Below, one piece after another: positions 57,452 through 64,000 of a stretch of 64,000 bases of DNA. This stretch comes from Treponemataceae bacterium (lineage in GTDB: Bacteria; Spirochaetota; Spirochaetia; Treponematales; Rectinemataceae): assembly GCA_963667725.2 (NCBI GenBank), contig CAXXHO010000005.1, forward strand, positions 1-64,000, written 5' to 3'. How positions within the stretch are numbered: position 1 is the first letter of the stretch; the number at the start of each line of letters is the position of its first letter. The notes beneath the pieces were generated by a model. That model made no database searches. It was not told the origin of the DNA and saw nothing but the letters and a program-made list of their open reading frames with translations. The position numbers and the translations under genes were made by a program.

Positions 57452-58423
57452 TTAGAGAGCATAACGCCGTTCGTCAACATCTCGACGGCTGCGCAAACGA
57501 GAACCCAGCCAGATCCACACTTCCACTCCGACATGACCAAATAATGCAGCGACGAAAAACGCGACCGACTTTAACGAGAAACCGAAACGAAACTGTTGCA
57601 ATGCCAGGGTACTCACCGGCTCACCCTTTCGAGCCAGCGCTCTGCAAAGACCCCTGACACCATGAGCGTGCGATCTCGGCCATTGCTTGCGCGCGTCATT
57701 CCTCGCTATCAAAGAGTAGGCATCGACTCTGGCGCGGAAATAGTCCTCCGAATATCTTCCGGCGAGGTCGCTTGAACTGGCAAGAAGGTCGCTAGTCCTA
57801 TATATCTTGGTCACCGTTGCGGAGACGGCAGCAAACCTATATTGACAAGCCACCTGAACCCCAACCAAGAAGTCTTCACTGTGCCGCAAACCCTCGCTGA
57901 AGCAATCCACCGCCAAGAGGGCAGCTCTTCGAATGATGCTAGTCTGAACTAACCCAAATTGAAACGGGTGATGTACACTCCAGATGTCGCTGAATACTTG
58001 CATATTTCCGGCCATTTTGAGCCCATGTCGCTCAAAGAGGCTTATCGGTTCGCTGCCGTCCTTGATTATTAACGCGTCCCCGAATATCCACGCTACATTT
58101 GCGGGGACCAGCGCAGCTGCCTCAAGCAGTCTTCCAGTCCGGTCAGGCAACCACTCATCGTCGCTATCCAGAAATGCAATCCACTCGCATTGAGCTTCCC
58201 GCACTGCTCGGCGACGTGCCCCGGAGACACCCGTATTGTCCTGGCTAACAACTCGTACTCGTTTCCCGTACCGTGACCTGATACTCTGGGCGCTGCCATC
58301 CGTTGATCCATCGTCAATGACAATTACTTCGTCTACGGGGTGCTCCTGAGAGAGTATACTGTCAATCGCCCGTATCACCTGCGTGCGGCGATTGTAGGTC
58401 GGTACCAGCGCAGCAACGTTCAT
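57452..58423 (-). CDS. GT2 glycosyltransferase
   Basis: VPTYNR; IDDGSTD; FLDSDDEW; SEDF. Confidence 0.92.
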   Translation of the reverse strand: MNVAALVPTYNRRTQVIRAIDSILSQEHPVDEVIVIDDGSTDGSAQSIRSRYGKRVRVVSQDNTGVSGARRRAVREAQCEWIAFLDSDDEWLPDRTGRLLEAAALVPANVAWIFGDALIIKDGSEPISLFERHGLKMAGNMQVFSDIWSVHHPFQFGLVQTSIIRRAALLAVDCFSEGLRHSEDFLVGVQVACQYRFAAVSATVTKIYRTSDLLASSSDLAGRYSEDYFRARVDAYSLIARNDARKQWPRSHAHGVRGLCRALARKGEPVSTLALQQFRFGFSLKSVAFFVAALFGHVGVEVWIWLGSRLRSRRDVDERRYAL

Positions 58424-58631
58424 GTGTGCTTTCTTGGGGGATCCTCAGTAAAGAGGACGGGGGGGACGGTCGGACACCCTCTAGAGAACCCGCCCGGCGC
58501 GGCACAGCCACGCCGCAAACGGCGGCCACGGGACCCTGGACTTCAGCAGAAAACTTGAAACTGAACGGATTTCGTGTTTCTTCACTGCTTTGCTGCTTGG
58601 ATTCGGGTAGTCCGAATTCTAACAGGCGAGG

Positions 58632-60215
58632 CTACAAGCCGCCCGTGCCAGCGATGGCCGTCAAACCCGCAGGCGCACTTGGAGGAGCGCCGAAGTACTG
58701 ATAGGCGCCGATATCCCACGGTCCGCTTGTTGGCCGTGGTTTGCCAGCCGCGTCATAACATAACGCGCCGATCCCGGGATTTGGCTGTCCATCGCACAAG
58801 CCGTAAAGGTTAGCCCCAGCCGAGATAACCGGAGAGCCAGCATTGGGCCTGTAATTCACAGTCAGATTAGGATTTGTTGTGATGCCATGAGCGTCGAAGC
58901 CGAGAGCCTTCCACGCCGCAAAAGTCGAATAGGTGGAGTTATTGTAAAACCAGCGCGAGACGTTGTACCAAATATTGTAATCCGATGACTGCAGCCCAGC
59001 GGCTGTGGCATAAGTTGCTTGGGCGGGAGACGGTGACCAAATATTGTTGGTCAACACTGCCTTCGCCCCAGACGAGTTTGGACCATACAGCATCCCGGCA
59101 ATTAGAGTATTGTTATATACTCTGGGGCCGTTTGGCATATTAAGAATCGAGATCACACCGTTACCGCAGCTTGAGCCAGATTGGTCGATAACATTATTGA
59201 ATATCCACGGTGCGTCAATGGTCCCAGCGCTGGAGGACATGAAAATACCTGCGGTGCAATGCGACCCGCCAAAATTTCCATAAATATAGTTATTGTAATA
59301 TGCAATCGGGGCACGGATGGAATCGCCAGTGCTCTCCGCCCAGAAATAGATCCCGTTGTGGTGCTGGTACGAATCACTCGGGTCATCCCAATTCTGGAAG
59401 TCGTGGATACGGTTGCGATACACCAGCAATCCTGTCAGGGATGAAGCTCCATCTCCAAATCCCGCTACACCGAAGTTAATATTCGATATTTCATTGTCGA
59501 AGACCGACACGTTGGACATTCCGGCTGGCGTATACTCCGTGAACACACCAACCCTAACGTCGTGGATTGTGTTGTTATGGACCGATAGTCCGCTACCGCC
59601 ATTCAGAGAAACTCCTGCACTCTCGCCGTTCCCGTTGTCTTCTGTGGCAGCGTGGACATAAATGTTAGAAACCGTGAGGTTCTTGATTTCGATCTGCGAG
59701 GCGTTCTGCGTCCCAACTCCAGCGCCTACATAGGCGGAGGATGTATATGAACACGCTCCTCCTGAGCAAGCGGTACCAGGGCTTCCCGCTAAAGTGGCGC
59801 GGATGGTTCCGTTCGTTCCTCCATCGACGACCACGTATGAGACATTTCGGATTCCAATGACCGACACACTGCCCCAGTAGGGCGATGTCAAGACAGCGCC
59901 AGGCTCAAAGAGCAGGGTGACAGGATTACCGGCACTCCCCCCGCCTTTGAATGACAGGTAATCACTTGATCCAGCGGTAGGTCCCGTGAACGTACCGCAG
60001 AGATGTACGGTAGTCCCGGGCCCGATTTTGTTCGTCCCCGTCCCCCAGTTGCCGGTGGTATTGAAATAACTCACCGCGTAGGCATTAGCGCAACTACTAC
60101 CATTGTTCGCCCCGACGGAGTTCTGCGCAATATATACATCGTTCGCCCTCACAACTCCAGAAGCGAACACCAAGCTGACCATTCCTAGTATCAACCGGGA
60201 GCCGTTCGAGAACAC
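58632..60215 (-). CDS. Secreted right-handed beta-helix (pectin-lyase-like) protein with choice-of-anchor-Q-like C-terminus
   Basis: Signal peptide from GTG 60215 (start approximate); GPGTTVHLCGTF; many .NN.I repeats; SPVISAG..WDIGAYQY; tail PPSAPAGLTA. Confidence 0.82.
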   Translation of the reverse strand: MFSNGSRLILGMVSLVFASGVVRANDVYIAQNSVGANNGSSCANAYAVSYFNTTGNWGTGTNKIGPGTTVHLCGTFTGPTAGSSDYLSFKGGGSAGNPVTLLFEPGAVLTSPYWGSVSVIGIRNVSYVVVDGGTNGTIRATLAGSPGTACSGGACSYTSSAYVGAGVGTQNASQIEIKNLTVSNIYVHAATEDNGNGESAGVSLNGGSGLSVHNNTIHDVRVGVFTEYTPAGMSNVSVFDNEISNINFGVAGFGDGASSLTGLLVYRNRIHDFQNWDDPSDSYQHHNGIYFWAESTGDSIRAPIAYYNNYIYGNFGGSHCTAGIFMSSSAGTIDAPWIFNNVIDQSGSSCGNGVISILNMPNGPRVYNNTLIAGMLYGPNSSGAKAVLTNNIWSPSPAQATYATAAGLQSSDYNIWYNVSRWFYNNSTYSTFAAWKALGFDAHGITTNPNLTVNYRPNAGSPVISAGANLYGLCDGQPNPGIGALCYDAAGKPRPTSGPWDIGAYQYFGAPPSAPAGLTAIAGTGGL

Positions 60216-60399
60216 CTTAATCACCACCTTTTTGGGTCGATTCGCCCTATGTGCCACGGCGCGCGCACCGCGTCGGAGAGCATTCGCCCAAACAGAATGA
60301 TTATAGTAGAGCAAAGGCGGTGTTCCCGATATTGAAAATGGTTGTACTTTCACTGCTAACGTCGGAGAGGCGGCACTGCCAGATATTCCTCCACTCGAA

Positions 60400-61266
60400 T
60401 CACTCCCCTTGCTCGGCCGCACGGCGCAACTGCGGCTTCCACATCTTCGACGTGAGCTGTATTGTGTGGAGCCAGTCGTACCCGCCCTCCAACTTTGCCT
60501 TGAGAAACCCGCTGTCGTCACCGGAGTTTACCGGAAGGCGCTCCAAAACGCAGCGGTCGCTGCGCCGGCTGAGTCGGCCAATGATTGTCGAAACCCCGTT
60601 GCAGTAGCCAGCCGCGATCAGCATCTCGCGAAATTCTCGCTTGAATTCGCGGTTGGCCTCCGGGAAAGCGTAAGGATAGGAGAACGATCGGACCGGTGCG
60701 CCCAACCTGTCTTCCACCTCGGTCCTTGAGCACCACAACTCGCGCTTGACCGATTCCTTTGGGAGAGTCGCCAATTGAGGATGCGTGACCGTGTGAGATC
60801 CAAATTCGATGCCGGCATTCTGCAATTCCCGAACATGGCTCCAAGTCAGGCATTCCGTGCCGTTGAACGCCTGCGCCGTGTCGCCGATATAGGCCGTCGG
60901 GAGAAAGACGGTCGCGGTGTAGCGGAACGCACTCAGGACCGGAAAGGCTTCGGTGTAGAAATCCTCGTATCCATCATCGAACGTGAGGACAACCGCCTTT
61001 CTCGCATTCGGGGATGGCGCCTCGATTCTCTGGATAGCTTCATCGAGATTGATCGCCTCGTATCCATTCCGCGCAAGATACTTGATTTGGTTCTCGAAAA
61101 TCGTGGGGTCCGTGCACGTCCGAAAATATGGGCCTCGGCCCCTTTCCTCTTCCCGCGAAATGCTGTGGTACATCAGGATGGGAATCCCCGGCCGCGGTCC
61201 AGCCAGACGCTGTAAAGGATAGAAAAGCCCGAGGGTAACGATCCTGTCCGGACGAAACTTCAGCAT
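60400..61266 (-). CDS. Polysaccharide deacetylase (CE4/NodB)
   Basis: PILMYH; LTFDDGY; GSHTVTHP; FSYPY. Confidence 0.93.
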   Translation of the reverse strand: MLKFRPDRIVTLGLFYPLQRLAGPRPGIPILMYHSISREEERGRGPYFRTCTDPTIFENQIKYLARNGYEAINLDEAIQRIEAPSPNARKAVVLTFDDGYEDFYTEAFPVLSAFRYTATVFLPTAYIGDTAQAFNGTECLTWSHVRELQNAGIEFGSHTVTHPQLATLPKESVKRELWCSRTEVEDRLGAPVRSFSYPYAFPEANREFKREFREMLIAAGYCNGVSTIIGRLSRRSDRCVLERLPVNSGDDSGFLKAKLEGGYDWLHTIQLTSKMWKPQLRRAAEQGE

Positions 61267-61299
61267 TTGAAAGGCGACCTCCCCTTCAAGGAATGTAAG

Positions 61300-62529
61300 T
61301 TACACCCGGGCAGCGGTTGCCGCGCGCCGAACTTCCTCCCGCTCTGTCCTGGACGAGAGGAAGCCCATTATGCCCGCAGAGACCCATACCTGCTGCTCAC
61401 CGGACAACTGGGGGAACATCGGCAACGAGACTATTTCTGGCGCAACCTTCTCCGCTACCGGATAGTCTCCCGGACTTGGACCGAGCCCTTCATAGGCCTT
61501 CTGTAGATGGAGCGGTATTGGATAGTGAACCGCGGTGGCGACGCTTGAGTTGGCCATGTGCCGCATGAAGGCGTCCCGGCCCTGTACTCGGATGGCGTAC
61601 AGATGGTATACAGCTTTGGTCCATTCGGGTTTGTGCGGGACCAACTCCGCATGCCCGGCCTTGATAAACAACTCCCGGTATCGCGCTGCCGCTTCCCGCC
61701 GCTGCTCATTCCACTTGGCCAGGTGCTTCAGCTTCACGCTCAGGATTCCCGCCTGAATCGCATCCAGCCGCCCGTTGAACCCTTCTACGTCGTGGTAGTA
61801 CTTTCGGCTCTGCCCGTGGTCACGCAGCATGCGGATCTTCCGCGCAATCCCCTCGTCGTTGGTCGTCACCGCACCAGCTTCCCCGCAGGCGCCCAAGTTC
61901 TTTCCCGGATAGAAGCTGAATGCCCCGGCACTGCCCATCGATCCGGCTTTCCGCCAGCGCTGCTCGCGCCGCGAGAAATACTCGGCCCCATGCGCTTGGC
62001 ACGCATCCTCCACCACAACCAGGCCGAACCGCTCCGCTAATTCCAGAATAGGGTCCATGTCCGCCGGTTGCCCGTAAAGATGCACCGGGACCACGGCCGA
62101 CACGCGCAATCCTAGCCGCCGGTTGATCACCGCGCCTTCCGCATCGATGAAGCACTTCTCTTCCAGGTATCCCCGCAACTTCTCGGGGTCCATGTTGTAC
62201 GTTCGTTCGTCAATGTCCACGAAATCTGGACGCGCACCGGCCTGGGTGATCGCCTCGGTAGTCGCGATAAACGTATTCGGAACCGTGACGACAATGGAAC
62301 CCTGCGGCACTCCGGCAGCCATCAAGGCGAAGCGCACTGCATCCGTGCCGCTGCCCACTCCCACACAATGTTCGGTCTCGCAGAATGCGGCGAACTCGCG
62401 CTCGAAGTTCTGAACCATCGGACCGCCGATGAAGCCAGCGGTATCGAGCGCTTGGTTGAACACAGCCACCAGCTCCTCGCGAAGTTCTGCGTGGGGTGTT
62501 ACGAGATCAAGGAACGGAATCGGTGTCAT
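61300..62529 (-). CDS. DegT/DnrJ/EryC1/StrS sugar aminotransferase
   Basis: GSGTDA; PVHLYGQ; EDACQAHG; SFYPGKNLGACGEAG; NGRLDAIQA. Confidence 0.95.
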   Translation of the reverse strand: MTPIPFLDLVTPHAELREELVAVFNQALDTAGFIGGPMVQNFEREFAAFCETEHCVGVGSGTDAVRFALMAAGVPQGSIVVTVPNTFIATTEAITQAGARPDFVDIDERTYNMDPEKLRGYLEEKCFIDAEGAVINRRLGLRVSAVVPVHLYGQPADMDPILELAERFGLVVVEDACQAHGAEYFSRREQRWRKAGSMGSAGAFSFYPGKNLGACGEAGAVTTNDEGIARKIRMLRDHGQSRKYYHDVEGFNGRLDAIQAGILSVKLKHLAKWNEQRREAAARYRELFIKAGHAELVPHKPEWTKAVYHLYAIRVQGRDAFMRHMANSSVATAVHYPIPLHLQKAYEGLGPSPGDYPVAEKVAPEIVSLPMFPQLSGEQQVWVSAGIMGFLSSRTEREEVRRAATAARV

Positions 62530-62568
62530 GAAATCACTCGCTTCTGAAAGTCCCAAATCGACAGCGTG

Positions 62569-63045
62569 CTACAAGATCCGCAACACGCGGCCCGGCACAC
62601 CTGCAACAACCGCGTTTGGTGGAACGTTGTGGGTCACCACGGCACCGGCGCCGATCATAGCGCCCTCGCCGATCGTGACATTTGCCAAAATCGTAGATCC
62701 TGACCCGATCGACGCACGCTTCTTTACCAGCGTCGGCGCCACAATCCAGTCTTGTCCCTGTTCTTGCAACTCGCCCGTTGGACTCGTCGCCCTGGGATAG
62801 ACGTCGTTGATGAACACCACCCCGTGACCCACAAATACCTCATCTTCGATCGTCACGCCTTCACAGATGAAGGTATGGCTGGAAATCTTGCAGTTCTTCC
62901 CGACGCTGGCGTTCTTCTGGATCTCGACAAACGCGCCGATCTTGGTGTTGTCCCCAACCTCGCAACCGTAGAGGTTGATGAACTTCGCCAGCTTCACGTT
63001 CGCGCCCAGCTTCACGTCCGGGGCAATCGCCAGGAATTCGTTCAC
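62569..63045 (-). CDS. Hexapeptide-repeat N-acetyltransferase (WbpD/WlbB-like)
   Basis: GTG start overlaps the upstream TGA; IGAFVEIQKNASVGKNCKISSHTFICEGV; IGAGAVVT..VVAGVPGR. Confidence 0.92.
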   Translation of the reverse strand: MNEFLAIAPDVKLGANVKLAKFINLYGCEVGDNTKIGAFVEIQKNASVGKNCKISSHTFICEGVTIEDEVFVGHGVVFINDVYPRATSPTGELQEQGQDWIVAPTLVKKRASIGSGSTILANVTIGEGAMIGAGAVVTHNVPPNAVVAGVPGRVLRIL

Positions 63046-64000
63046 AGCTCCACCGGCTTTCCGCGCTGCTTCAATGACTGACAAGCTGCTTCCAGAATGC
63101 GGACCACGCCCAGCCCCGCGCAGCCATCGTTGAAGGGAGTCTGGTTTCTCTCGACACACTCGACGAAATACTTCGCTTCGGCCTTCAACGCTTCGCCTTG
63201 CTCCACCTTCGGGATCCACACATCCCCGGAGCGGTAGCTCACTAGCAGGTCGTAAATACCGTGGCCGTTGGCAATGTCGACGCCTTTGTCGTAGACCTTG
63301 ACCTTCTCGTCCGCTTCCAGATCGTTCCAGACCACCATCTTCTTTTCGCCGCCGATCAGCGTGGTCCGCACCTTCACCGGAGAGAGCCAGTTCACGTTGA
63401 TGTGCGCCAGCATGCGGTCCTTGAAATAGACGGTGATGTAGGCCATGTCCTCGAGGCCGTTCAAATGGCTCTGGCCGGTCGCCGCTACGGCCTCTGGCTC
63501 AGCATCGAGGAGATAGTTCATGATCGAAAGGTCGTGCGGGGCCAAGTCCCAGACCACGTTCACGTCGTGCTGGAACAACCCCAGGTTCACACGCGTGGAG
63601 TCGTAGTAGTAAAGCTTGCCCAGAACGCCGTCGTCCACCAGTTGCCGGATCTTCCTGACAGCCCCGGTAAACAGGAACGTGTGGTCTACCATGATCCGCA
63701 GGTTCTTGCTCAGGGCCAGGTCAATCAATTCCGAGGCCTGATCCGCAGTCGATGTGAAAGGCTTTTCAACAAAGACATGCTTGCCGTTTTCAAGGGCCGC
63801 TTTGGCCAGCTCGAAGTGGGTCCAGACAGGCGTAATCACCGCGACCGCGTCGATCACGGAGGACCGGAGAACCTCCGACACATCGCTGGTGGTCCGGACA
63901 CCAGGATGGTTCTTGCCGGCGCGGGAGAGCGCGGCAGGGTTGGAATCGCATACCACGGCCAGCTCACAACCCTCAGCGGAGTGAAAATTGCGGGCCACAA
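63042..64000 (-). CDS. Gfo/Idh/MocA NAD-dependent oxidoreductase (5' end outside window)
   Basis: GKHVFVEKP; MVDHTFLF; WDLAPHDLS; NWLSPVKVR. Confidence 0.93.
   Translation of the reverse strand, partial: VARNFHSAEGCELAVVCDSNPAALSRAGKNHPGVRTTSDVSEVLRSSVIDAVAVITPVWTHFELAKAALENGKHVFVEKPFTSTADQASELIDLALSKNLRIMVDHTFLFTGAVRKIRQLVDDGVLGKLYYYDSTRVNLGLFQHDVNVVWDLAPHDLSIMNYLLDAEPEAVAATGQSHLNGLEDMAYITVYFKDRMLAHINVNWLSPVKVRTTLIGGEKKMVVWNDLEADEKVKVYDKGVDIANGHGIYDLLVSYRSGDVWIPKVEQGEALKAEAKYFVECVERNQTPFNDGCAGLGVVRILEAACQSLKQRGKPVEL

Noticed and set aside
58424..58631. GC-rich intergenic hairpins as a riboswitch or ncRNA
   Set aside because: No recognisable conserved motif; an Rfam/Infernal search would be needed
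60216..60521. N-terminal extension of the beta-helix ORF
   Set aside because: Overlaps the deacetylase 3' end and precedes the signal peptide; the true start is near 60215
1..64000. rRNA/tRNA genes and a phosphopantetheinyl transferase for the NRPS/PKS
   Set aside because: None recognised; the PPTase must be encoded elsewhere

Overview
The window is one large exopolysaccharide (EPS) and cell-surface locus. It probably comes from an Acidobacteriota (Solibacter/Bryobacter-like) genome, inferred from two TIGR03437-like C-terminal domains. The left arm (1-23.4 kb) holds regulatory, export and protein-sorting genes: a response regulator, histidine kinase, PilZ protein, Wza, TPR lipoprotein, outer-membrane beta-barrel, split Wzc plus tyrosine kinase, ExeA-type ATPase, an exosortase, three PEP-CTERM proteins and an adjacent cohesin/dockerin pair. 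Nine sigma-54-type GG-N10-GC boxes sit in front of these units. The right arm (23.4-64 kb, minus strand apart from one IS) holds the synthesis genes: a FemAB/GNAT protein, a 2519-aa hybrid NRPS/PKS (A-T-KS-AT-T-C-T-TE), a deacetylase-GT4 fusion, a ~2960-aa surface protein, Wzx, Wzy, GT2/GT4 enzymes, WecB, AsnB, a beta-helix protein and a Gfo/Idh-acetyltransferase-DegT amino-sugar trio. The giant surface gene has a near-perfect 1764-bp internal duplication and is broken by IS701 and IS5 stacked at one CTAG site. The best candidates for new biology are (i) the glycine-loading NRPS/PKS with an A-less last module and atypical TE, embedded upstream of the GNAT and exosortase genes, and (ii) a possible cohesin-dockerin-incomplete Fn3 surface-display chain. 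Two single-base frameshifts in short homopolymers may be assembly errors. All calls come from motif reading only; no database searches were run.
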